Source: Basidiobolus meristosporus CBS 931.73
Lineage: Eukaryota > Fungi > Basidiobolomycota
Assembly (NCBI GenBank): GCA_002104905.1
Contig: MCFE01000144.1
Span: 62,001-126,000 of the forward strand
Reading direction: 5' to 3'
DNA: 64,000 bases
Shown: positions 1 to 11,381 of the stretch, piece after piece
Numbering within the stretch: the stretch's first letter is position 1
Layout: each line of letters opens with the position of its first letter
The notes under the pieces: generated by a model
Database searches by the model: none
Told to the model about the DNA's origin: nothing
Seen by the model: only the letters and a program-made list of their open reading frames with translations
Translations under genes and position numbers: made by a program

Positions 1-60
1 CCAAATCAAAGTAGCAGTGAGAGACCTGGCAATGAGACAGGAAAAGGTAAAGATGTCAGA
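1..60 (+). repeat. Fragment of the internal repeat unit of the CACTA-like accessory gene
   Basis: gtagcagtgagagacctggcaatgagacaggaaaaggtaaag matches the reverse complement of ~36995-37035 (atagcagtgaaagacctggcagtgattgaggaaaaggtaaag). Confidence 0.6.
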
Positions 61-79
61 ATAGTGCTTAAGAAAACGC

Positions 80-830
80 AGCTGAATATTGGAATTAAAC
101 TTGGCCACTAGTGCAAAGCTTTTGGAACAGTCCAGTCATTTTGCTTGATGGTATCATTTGGCACAAGTCTTGGTTTGTATCTTTCAGTTGTACCATCAGC
201 CATGTGTACTATCTTAAGGACCCATCTGCATCAAGTTTTCATTGTATAAACAGTAATTTGATCAAGTCCTAAATTTGACTTTCCTACAGGGCAAAATATT
301 CCTCAGTCATTGCAGTTCTCCTAAATCTTGTTTGGGGGCTCTTTGCAGTTGTATTTACAATCTGAGGCTCATTGATCTGGACTGAGTAGGCAAAACATTT
401 GCATCCTCATTAATTCAGTAAATTTGGCTATTTTGATATAGTTGGATCTCCTGACTTGCAATTTTGTAATGATGACTTCTAGGATATTCATTGGCAGTAA
501 TTCAGGCTGACTGGTAAGTGTAGAGTCCTTTGGATTGGAAAAAGCTTCATTGATTAGTTCTGATTCAATGCTTGCTTTTAGTGGACTTAAGACCAGATTG
601 TATCATCATTTCATGTTGTTTTTCTGAAAAATTAGGCTTTCATGAGACAACACATCCTTACTCTCATTGTAGAAGCCCAAAAATATCTATTTTGTACTTT
701 TTGGCTAAAATATGACTAAGTTCTGGGCAGCTTTTGGCATGTGCTCTGCACCCAGATACACCTAAGTACTTAGAAACTTGCCAGTATCTGTGTAATGTTG
801 CATATGTAACAGAATCAGAAATTTCCTGCA
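80..830 (-). pseudogene. Degenerate Ty1/copia pol relic (integrase C-terminal region to RT N-terminus)
   Basis: Minus strand gives decayed GCRWVLKI..ADGTTERYKPRLV..FALVAKFNS (RT start) and a LGVSGCRAHAK..K.IFLG-like integrase tail; many stops and frameshifts. Confidence 0.75.
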
Positions 831-1637
831 ATTGCCAAGATATTGGGCTATTTGCTATCATACAGCTGCTGAAAGTTTGCTCATCAGCTCTGGACTAGTC
901 TTAGTCACTTTAGGGCTCAATTACAGTAAACTTTCCACTTTCTGTTAAATGTAAGATCCTGTGCATATTCCCCTCTAATGAGGGTCAAATTAGCACTTTG
1001 ACAGAACATTATTTGTGTGCCCTTAAGCTGTTGCAAAATCCTCCTGACCATTGAAAGACTCACATAACTTTTGTGGCGCAGTTGATTTACCTCTAAAAAG
1101 CTATAAAAACCAGGCTTCTTTTTAAATACACAACAGTCAGCTATTATTACTATTTCATGTGAAGTTCCTTACATCCAAAACTCTTTGCAAGTTGCAGTAG
1201 GTGATGAGCCACAATTGCCTTAATCTAGTCTGAAAGATGACTCCACCAGCATTCAAAACAATACAAATATCTTCCCTGTATAATAGAGGTTTGATTGAGA
1301 AAACTACAGACTTTAGAGAATAAATATGCAGAAACAGCAAACTACGTTTAAGAAGAAAACTCCTCATCATCAACACTAGCATTGGCACTGCGGAGCTCTT
1401 CTGCAAGTGTTGTCATTCAGCTAATGAGATATAGCATGCTATCCTCTGACTTCTTCCTTATGTTAAAGAAAATATATTCTGTCTACCTTGCAGCCTACCA
1501 GACAGGCGTTAGCCACTCCTGTGCTCTTTTGAAAGCAGAGAAGACAGTCTGATCCTAGACTATGTTAAAGGAAGAATTCTTCATGGAGAATTCTGACATG
1601 ATGACTCAGCCCAAAAAATCAAGGATAAAGCTTTGTT

Positions 1638-1986
1638 TGTTGAAATAATTAGGGGCCCACCTAATTATTCAGACACTATAAACTAGTGCTTAGTTAAATG
1701 ATATATTCCAGAACATTAGTTTACTGAATAGTTTGCAAGATACTTGCTAATTATCAGAAATTATTGAAGTACAGAATACTAGAAATATCTGAAACTTGGC
1801 AAAATGGACTGGAACTTGGCACATGAGCTCCTGAGACTCCTCTAGTAGTGAATAAAAAGCTACATATTTGCAGTTTTCCAATAGGTACAAATACCGCATT
1901 GCAACTCAATAATTCAACAAGTCAATATGATGTAAATCTTCTAATTCTTCATTTTGTTTCCAATAAATCTCTCTAATGTTTCAGCA
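1638..1986 (+). repeat. LTR, copia family B (copy 1)
   Basis: tgttgaaataatt...tcagca; similar to 2165-2510 and to the reverse complement of 16480-16930; interrupts the family A gag. Confidence 0.7.
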
Positions 1987-2164
1987 ATCAATTCCTAAAT
2001 AGGCTTATTTCAAGTCATTACTGTTAATATGCAGTCCCTAACATACATTGGAGAATATATTGGTCAAACATGTTAGATGACTATTTGCAGGTTTAGTCTC
2101 AACTGGAAGATACTCAATACCACAGCAAGGGCATAAGTAGATGAATATAATAAGTGAGCAGGAG

Positions 2165-2510
2165 TGCTGAAATAATTTGGAGTCCACCCACTTATTAATA
2201 TATGATGAACTAGCACTTAGTTATATAACATATTTCAGAATACTAACTTGAAATTAGTTTGTAACATATTAGCTAATTAATGGGAACTAGTGAAGTACAG
2301 AATTTTAGAAAAATCTTAAACTTGCCCAAATGGGCTACACTTGGCACAGGTACCCCTGAGACTCCCCCAATAGGAGAAAGTAGCTATATATTTGTAGTTT
2401 TGCAATAAGTATAAATACTCTGTTGCAATTCAATAAATAAACAAGTGAATATCATGTAAATCTTCTGATTCTCCATTTCACTTCCAACATATCTCTCTAA
2501 TATCTCAGCA
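2165..2510 (+). repeat. LTR, copia family B (copy 2), preceded by a PPT-like tract and followed by a PBS
   Basis: gagcaggag|tgctgaaataatt...tcagca|ggctatgagcccca. Confidence 0.7.
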
Positions 2511-4800
2511 GGCTATGAGCCCCAAGCTTGCTATATCTTGGGTGTACACTTTGCTTTAGTACTGTGTCTTTGTTCTGGAGAAAGACTTCCATGTCTACCC
2601 AAATTTACAAAAGACACAAAAGTACTGCCATTGCAAAGAACTACTAAGCAGGATATATTGTTATGGTGAGAGAGTCATTTGCCTTTTAAGAAGATACTGA
2701 GAAAAGAAAGAGGTCATATGCTAAGGAAATCATTTTGGACATATTTCAAATTATGAAATGTGAGCAAGGATGAAGCTTTGAGAAAACATGTAATTCCAGC
2801 AAGAAGTCCAGACCAATAAGGAGCATACTACATGATATATTTATCAATGCTATAATCTTTATTATCATATCATAAAGGAGCTATGTTGAGGATATGCATA
2901 TACCTGAGAGTTGATTAGGCTATTTTAGTCCAACAAGAGCCTGCATTCCTGCAGTGAACTTACATAAGTCTTTAGCCACTTGAAATGAAAATGATGCAGA
3001 GCACTTTGGAGCTTCCTCCACCCTAGCTTGGAGCTAAATATGTAGACAGATACATGGATCAACTTGCCCATATACTGAGGATCAGAATGATACATAATAT
3101 CAATATATTTTGCCAAAGATCAGTGATCTCAGACTTGCCAACTTTGGAGTGGTACATTTGATATACATGTGGTACTATTTCTAGTACTAATGATTCTGAG
3201 GCTCTGAGAGACACTTATTAGACAAGCTTCATGTCTACATTAAGTATCAGAAATAATAGGAGGAGATATATCTGTAAGTATCTGAGCATAAAATCTCTAC
3301 CACCATCAAGAAAAGTGTGACTGGAGATCCTGACCAAAGCATACACATATAATCTCAATATATACTGTGGGGAATATATGAGATACTATAGAGCAGGGCA
3401 CTAGTTGCCCTTTACTAGTACCTGTATAACCAGGAATTTAGTGAATGCCAATTTTATAAATTGGCATGGATCAGATGTTGATCTTGCTTTGATGAAACAT
3501 CTCAGATTAGAAGTGCTCTGCATAATGGAGGTTTCTCAGCACTTTAGGAGATCAAACAAACTGTGCATAGGCTACATGCATGGTCCAGAACTAGATCAAA
3601 AGGGAGTATCCAGCAACAAGCATCTTGATGACCATACATGGGATAATAGCCAATCGCCAATATGTTATCAGCTTCTAAAGGAGTTTGGTGATACTTAAGT
3701 CAGACTTGGATTATCTAGCACACTAGACAAGATCCAGCAGTCATATCACACAAGGAGAGTGGATTATTGATTGTTGGAAAAGCAGCAGAAAAGGCTGTGA
3801 GAAACTACTCACTCAGAGGCAACATCAATGTTAAAGTGATCAATGAAGTCAAATTTCTCACAGATTTACACAATTGGAAAGTGCCAGATCCAGTTTTACA
3901 GTGTGAGTGCAATGGTATATATGAGAGCATATCTATCCTGCTTAGGATGCATCCTCTAAAAATAGCTACCTATTAGGCTGTTGTACTCTGTGATACCTTA
4001 CCAAGCCAATAAAGATGCAAATGGAAGATATGAGAACATATTAGAAATATCAGTTCAAGGAAGTTATGCCTGGATCAGAAGGATATATATGATTTATATA
4101 AATCAACTTTGGAATGCAGGTAGCACCAAAAGATGTAGATTCAGTGGGATTACAATATCCTAGATCAGGGATGAAGAAAACCTTGACTAAATACCATTGA
4201 AAGTACTAGTCTGGAAGAGGAAACATTAGATCAAATGGTGACAATGATGGCTACCATAATGCTGACCAGTTATTGGCTCTAGCAGATGATATGGAAAAAT
4301 TACAAGGCAAGTTATTATCCAGATCCAGTTTTGAATATAGGGATACTAGTCTAAGTGAATTAGATTAAACACTGGAACTGTGGATGTTCCTAATATAGTG
4401 GAAAGAAAACCCAGCATAACTTTGCCAGTTATAGACTAATGATGCTCACACTAAAAGCAGCAGAAAGCCTTAAAGCACAGCTACTTAGCAGTAGGCAGTA
4501 TAACTAGATAGGCTCAGTATCTGGAAAGCTTACCCAATCAAGTGGCTCATACTCATCCATAGGTATTTTGTTACAAGATCAGAATTCAGACTTAAAGTAA
4601 TTTGATTTGAGGTATGTAATTAATAGTATAGGCTTATATTAAGTTATTATGGTTGATATGCAATCCCTAATATACATTGGAGAATATATCAGTCCTTTAG
4701 GTTAGATAGTTGATTACAGGATTAATTTCCCCATGAATATGCAGAACATCACAGTAAGTCCATAAGTATATGAATATATTATGTGGGTGAAGGTGATGAA
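2511..4800 (+). mobile_element. Family B internal region, with no recognisable pol
   Basis: Starts at the PBS; weak gag N-terminal relic near 2620-2690. The 3' end (4620-4800) matches the pre-LTR segments at 1990-2164 and rc 16930-17110. No RT, IN or RH motifs seen. Confidence 0.5.
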
Positions 4801-5736
4801 ATGCATAGTGCAAGAGCATTGAGCCTGAGTATGCTAGCATAACTGAAATTGACAAAACTAACTGGTAAATGGGGCATATGAGGCCAGGTCTGTTCAGGGA
4901 ACAGAAAATGACCTGGTGGATGAAAAGTCAACTTGTTTTGGGCCCCAATTACCAAATCCCAATGAAATTCAGTTTCTGCATGCAGTGCTCATATGGAAAA
5001 CAATCTAAGCAATGTTTGAGGAGCTCAGGTGGCTTTAGCACTACTGGAGTATTTGCAATTGTGCACTTCAACATATGTGGGCCATTAAGAATGATGTTAT
5101 TGGAGCCAAGGAGTATTATATGTGTATTGATGACAAGACAATTTAAATATGGGTACACTTCCCAGCAACCAAGGCAGAGGCTTTTGACTTGTTAAGCACT
5201 TTAATAATAATGCAGAAACACAAATTGGGTGAAAGCTCAAGGTAGTTTGACGTAACAATAGAGGAGAATACTACCCTAAGAAGTTTGCAAGGTACTGCTC
5301 AATCACTGGTATACTTCAACAGACCATGGTCCCACATATTTTTCTGCAAAATGATGCAGCAGAATTTGCAAATAGGACTGTTGTAGAGATGGGAAAGTAT
5401 ATGCTGCTGCTGTTGCAGTATACATCAAGAGTAGATGCCCAGCAACAGCTATATACAACCCACACTCATTGAAGCATAAACAGGCAAGAAACCAGCCCTA
5501 CAGCACTTCAGTAACTTGGGCAGTATTATTTTCTAGCGCATCAAGAGCGAAACACACCCAAAGCTGGAACTACATAGTAGAAAAGAGATCTCTCTTGGGT
5601 ATTGTATGGATACTAGGGGGTGCATAGTGTGTGATAGCAAGATTCAGAAGCTAATCAACAGCCAGGAAGATGCATTTGAGAGAACACAGATCAGAAAATC
5701 ACTGAGATCATTAGCCAGCTATATGGAAGAATATTA

Positions 5737-6106
5737 TGTTGAAATATTGGACTATTTGGTATCATTCAGCAGCTAAAAAATTTACTTAACAATTCTAGGC
5801 TAGTCTTTGTCACTGTAGGACTCATTTACTGCCTTAACTTTGCCACTTTCTCCAGATATATGATCTTATGATTATTCCCCTATAGTCAGGATCAAATTAG
5901 CACTATTACCAAACATTATGTACTAACCCTGAAACTGTTACAGAATGCTCCTGAATATTGAGAAACCCTCCCTACTTAGTGTTGCAGCTGTATTACTTCT
6001 ACAAAGGTATAAATACTGAGCTTCTTTATGAATAAACAACAGTTCAACTATTATCACTATTTCTTGATAAGTTCCTTATATCCAAATCACTTCTTAAATT
6101 GCAACA
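5737..6106 (+). repeat. 5' LTR of the young copia
   Basis: Direct repeat of 10052-10421; contains tataaata. Confidence 0.98.
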
Positions 6107-6120
6107 GGTTATGAGCCCCA
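6107..6120 (+). other. Primer-binding site complementary to the anticodon stem-loop of initiator tRNA-Met (half-tRNA priming)
   Basis: GGTTATGAGCCC is the reverse complement of GGGCUCAUAACC in tRNAi-Met; same PBS type as yeast Ty5 and Drosophila copia. Confidence 0.9.
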
Positions 6121-6141
6121 ATTGCCTAATCTATTCTAAAG

Positions 6142-9100
6142 ATGACTTCTACCAGCAAACAAAGCAATACCAACATCTTCCCTGTAAAGGAGAGGCTTGA
6201 TGGGAAGAACTACAGACCTTGGAGAATCAAGATGCAGATCCACCTAGAGGAAAGAAAGCTTTGGAACATAGTAACAGGAAAGGAAGTTGGGCCCAAAGGA
6301 ACAGCAGAAGATGTGGAGAAGTTTCAAGAGAAGGAGAGAAATGCCTTCAATGCAATATGCATCAATGTGCAAGACTCCTTCATTTGACAAATCCATACCT
6401 CAAATACTGCCAAAGCAGCATGGGAATCCTTAGAGAAGATCTTTAGAGCAAAGTCAGTATCAAGCAAGCTTTATTTGAAACAAAAGCTCTTCAACATGAG
6501 AAAAAAGCCAGATGATGACATGCCACAACTCATTACCAGAATGGAGACACTTGCAGAAGAACTTTACAGTATTAATGCTGGTGTAGATGATGAAGAAAAG
6601 ATACTCTGTCTGCTTTGCAGCCTACCAGACAAGTATGAGCCACTCATACTTTCTTTTGAAAGCAGAGAAGACAACTTGACTTTAGACTATGTCAAAGGAA
6701 GACTTCTCCATGAAGAACTCAGACGTGATGATCAAGCAGAGAAAATTGAAGATAATGCTTTATTCAGTTCAGAAAGACATACAGAAAAGAAGGGAAAGCA
6801 ACAAAACCAAAGAAAACCTGGCTGCTGTAACTACTGTAAGAAGCCAGGACACTGGGCAAGAGAATGCAAGAAGAAACAAGCAGACAAAAAACAGAAACTA
6901 GAGCAGGCAAACCATATAACTACTGATGAACAGCTATTTGTCACTGTACAAGAGAGTGCAAGTAACCAAAGTAATGAATGGTATATTGACTCTGGAGCAT
7001 CACAGCATATTTGTGGTATAAAGGACTGGTTCAGCAACTTAAAGACTATTCCTGTAAGAAGGGTTTATCTGGGAGATAACTCTGCATTGGAAGCTACCGC
7101 CAGTGGGTCTATACAACTAAATATGAGTGATAACTCAGGGGCAACAACAGCAAAACTGACTGACGTACTCCATGTACCTGGAATAGCTAAGAACCTACTA
7201 TCAGTCAGTAAAGCAACTACTCAGGGACTGAAATTTGTTTTTACTAAGCTGAGCTGCTCAATATTGAGTGAAATGAACAAAAATTAGCTTTGGGAATCAG
7301 AGATCACAATATATACAAGTTAGAATGCAAGATCATTGTACCTGAGTATGTCAACATTGCCAAAACTGATGAAAACAAATGGGAGACATGGCATAGGAGG
7401 CTAGGACACATAGGGGAACAGAAAATGAGCCAATTGGTGAATAATCAGCTTGTTTTGGGCCTAAAATTCTCAATTCCAATCAAATTGAATGTTTGTAAAG
7501 GATGTTCATATGGCAAACAAGCTAGGCAATGTTTCAAGAGCTCAGAAGGCATCAATACCACCGAAATACTGGCTATTGTACACTCAGACATATGTGGCCC
7601 CATGAGAACACTGTCCTTTGGAGCCAAGAGATACTTTATGACGTTTATTGATGACAAGACAAGATATACATGGGTGTACTTCCTCAAAACAAAGGATGAA
7701 GCTTTAGAGATGTTTAAGCACTTCAAGAACATGGCAGAAACACAAACTGGGTGTAAATTGAAGGTACTACAAAGTGACAATGGAGGAGAATACTGCTCAA
7801 AGGAGTTTGCAAAATACTGCTTGTCTACTGGTATACTTCAGCAGACCACAGTTCCTCATACTCCACAGCAAAATGGAGTAGCAGAACGTGCAAATAGAAC
7901 AATTGTAGAGATGGGAAGATCTATGCTACATGAAAAGGGAATGGACTACAAGTTTTGGGCTGAATCTGTTGCTACCACTGTATACATCAAGAACATATGC
8001 CCAACAACAGCACTACGTGATTCTACACCCTTTGAAGCATATACAGGCAAGAAACCAGATCTCCAGCACCTCAGGATCTTTGGCAGTGATGTTTTTTATC
8101 ACATCCCTGACAAAAAACGCTCAAAGTTGGAACCAAAGAGTAGAAAAGGGATCTTTCTTGGGTATTGTGAAGATATTAAAGGGTATAGAGTGTATGATGG
8201 CAAAATTCAGAAGCTGATCAAGAGCAGGGACGTTGTATTTGAGGAGAATTCAGATCAGAAAGCCACAGAAATCATTGGCCAGCTGCCTGATGATGCAATC
8301 AACACAAATGAAGAAGATATGTACCAAATCCAGCCAGAGATGGAAGATACTTCTACCAGTTCCAGATCAGAACAGATTATCCCAGTTAGGAGATCTACCA
8401 GAATAAGAAATGCCCCTGGATCCTGGTGGCAGACATCCAATGATCATGAAGAAGCTTATCTTGCCTTATGTGCCAAACCTCAGAATCTGGAACAGGCAAT
8501 GCAAGGTCCAGATGCTACTAAGTGGCAACAAGCCATGCAGGAGGAGTACCAATCATGGATCAAGGCAAAAACGAGGGAACTGGTAGATTTACCAAATGGG
8601 AGAAAGCCAATAGGATGTAGATGTGTCTACAAGATCAAGATAACCTCAAATGGTGCCGTTGATAAGTATAAGGCTAGATTAGTAGCTAAAGGCTATTCCC
8701 AGATCCAGGGACTAGACTTAAGGAAACATTTGCTCCGGTTGCCAAGTTTAACTCTATTAGGACAGTTCTAGCCCTGGCAGCTGTACACAGTCTAGATCTA
8801 CACCAAATGGACGTCAAAACAGCCTTTCTAAATGGGGATTTGCAAGAAACTATATATATGGAGCAACCAGAAGGTTTTACCGATCCAAAAAGCCCCCATA
8901 AGGTGTGCAAACTTAGAAAATTGTTGTATGGGCTTAAGCAGGCACCCAGAGCATGGTATAACAAGATTGACACATATCTAGAGGAAATTGGGTTCTCTCG
9001 TAGCACTGCAGATCACAGTATATATGTGAAACAGCTCAAAAAGGGTGTGATCATCCTAGTTCTTTATGTGGACAACCTAATTATAGCTACAAGTGATCAA

Positions 9101-10015
9101 GAGGCACTTAAACAGACAAAATCAGATCTCTTCAGCAAGTTTGAGATGAAAGATCTTGGAAAATTGAGCTATTTTCTTAGAATTGAGGTCAAATTTGACA
9201 TACCTACGCAGAAAATTGTGCTGAATCAGTCTGAGTATATCAGGGACATTCTTAGATGCTTCAAAATGGAAAATTGCCAGCCTGCAGCAACCCCTATGGA
9301 CAATAACCTGAAATTAAGCAAATCTCAGCCAGTTATAGATGAAAACCGCTCAAATTTGGACCAAAACTTTACCTATCAATCAATGGTTGGTAGCCTAATG
9401 TACTTGATGGTATCTACAAGTCCAGATATTGCAGTAGCAGTTGGAATAGTCAGTCAATTCATGCAGAATTATGGATCAGATCAAATTGCAGCAGTTAAGT
9501 GGATTTTCAGATATCTACAAGGTACCATAAATATGGTACTGGAATACTCTGGAGCAGCTAATAGGCAAAAATTTGATGGTTATAGTGATTCAGATTGGGG
9601 TAGGGATCTGATTGACGGATGCTCTACCACAGGCTATGTATTTCTTTATGCTGGTGCAGCTATTACTTGGAATTGCAAGAAACAACCAACTGTGGCACTA
9701 TCTACACCTGAAGCCAAATATATGGCTGCATGTCAAGCAACTAAGGAGGCTACATGGCTACAAAAATTGTTCAAAGACTTAGGTTTTAATTCAGGTGAAC
9801 CAACATGTATTTACAAGGATAATCAAAGTTGTATTTCATTAGCTAGAAATCCTACTAATCATGCCAGAACTAGGCAAATTGATATACAGCATCACTTTGT
9901 GAGGGAAGCTGTAGAAAATAACTTAGTGGAGCTGGTTTACTGCCCAACTGACAAAATGGTGGCAGACATATTGACAAAACCACTAGCTAGGCCACAGTTT
10001 GAGATCCTTAGATAG
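6142..10015 (+). pseudogene. gag-pol polyprotein (Gag, Zn knuckle, protease, GAG-pre-integrase, integrase, RT, RNase H), inactivated
   Basis: CNYCKKPGHWAREC knuckle; WYIDSGAS protease; HSDICGP / SDNGGEY / ERANRT integrase; MDVKTAFLNG RT. Lesions: TGA at 6385-6387, 1-nt frameshifts near 7282 and 8722, YVDD changed to YVDN, TAG at 10013-10015. Confidence 0.95.
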
Positions 10016-10051
10016 AAATTAGGATTAAGAAATTATTTAGTTGAGGGGGAG

Positions 10052-10421
10052 TGTTGAAATATTGGACTATTTGGTATCATTCAGCAGCTAAAAAATTTAC
10101 TTAACAATTCTAGGCTAGTCTTAGTCACTGTAGGACTCATTTACTGCCTTAACTTTGCCACTTTCTCCAGATATATGATCTTATGATTATTCCCCTATAG
10201 TCAGGATCAAATTAGCACTATTACCAAACATAATGTACTAACCCTGAAACTGTTACAGAATGCTCCTGAATATTGAGAAACCCTCTCTACTTAGTGTTGC
10301 AGCTGTATTACTTCTACAAAGGTATAAATACTGAGCTTCTTTATGAATATACAACAGTTCAACTATTATCACTATTTCTTGATAAGTTCCTTATATCCAA
10401 ATCACTTCTTAAATTGCAACA
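10052..10421 (+). repeat. 3' LTR of the young copia
   Basis: Direct repeat of 5737-6106, preceded by the PPT. Confidence 0.98.
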
Positions 10422-11381
10422 TATTAAACCAGTTCTGGATCAAAACATATTATTGCAGATAGGTGATCCATCAGAAAAGGTATGACCCTGCATCTTAGTG
10501 ACATTTGTCCAATGAGCATGATAAAGCTTATATTGCCTTATGTGCCAAACCTCAGAATCTGGAACAGGTAATGCAAAGTCCAGATGCTACCATGCAGCAA
10601 CAAGCCATGCAAGAGGAGTACCAATCACTGATCAAGGCAATAATGTGGGAACTTGCAGAACTACCAAATGGAAGAAAGGCAACAGGATGTAGACTTGTCC
10701 ACAGGAACAAGATTACCCCAAATTGTATTGATGAAAAGTACAAAACTAGATTGGTGGCCAAAGGCAATTCCCATATCAAGGGACTAGACTTAACAGGCAC
10801 TTTCGGCATGATATAATGGGATTGACAAATATTAGAAGGGACTGAGCTCATCTGTGGCACTACAGATTCAAGCATATATGTGAGATAGCCTAAATAATGC
10901 TTGACTATCCTGGTACTTTATGTGGAGAACCTAATAGCCACTATAAGTAGCTAGGAGGCACTTAAGCTTACAAAATCAGGTCTTTTGCACAATCTAGAAA
11001 TCTAAGAACTCAGAATATTGAGCTTTTTTCTTGGCTTAGAGTCAGATTGAGTATATCTACACAGAAGTTGTGCTGAATCAGTAAAAGACATCAGCAATAT
11101 TCATGGATGCTTGACTATGTACAATTGCAAGCATCTGGCAGCCCCATAGCCAATAACTTAGAATTGAGCAAATTTTGGTTGATAAGTGTTCACAATAGCT
11201 CACATATGAACCAAAACTTTGCATACAAGTTGGCAATCAAGACCTTGAGGCTAACCATCCTCCAGGAGTACCTAGACAAGTTTGTGGTAATCTCCCAAGT
11301 CATCAAGAATCAGATGCAGCCCTGTAGCAGTGCAGAACTCTGATCACTTCTTCAAATGGTTTCCTACTATTTAAGTTTTGT

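Larger units (their letters stand above)
5737..10421 (+). mobile_element. Full-length young Ty1/copia LTR retrotransposon (family A), 4685 bp
   Basis: LTRs 5737-6106 and 10052-10421 (370 bp, TGTTG..CAACA, 4 mismatches); TSD TATTA at 5732-5736 and 10422-10426; PBS 6107-6120; PPT gagggggag 10043-10051. Confidence 0.98.
833..11200 (+). mobile_element. Old degenerate copia element (family A), host of two later insertions
   Basis: Decayed LTR ~833-1199 is similar to the LTR at 5737, followed by PBS ggtgatgagcc at 1200-1210. Gag relic 1237-1637, integrase relic ~4808-5736 and RT relic ~10427-11200 are all collinear with the young element. Confidence 0.8.
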
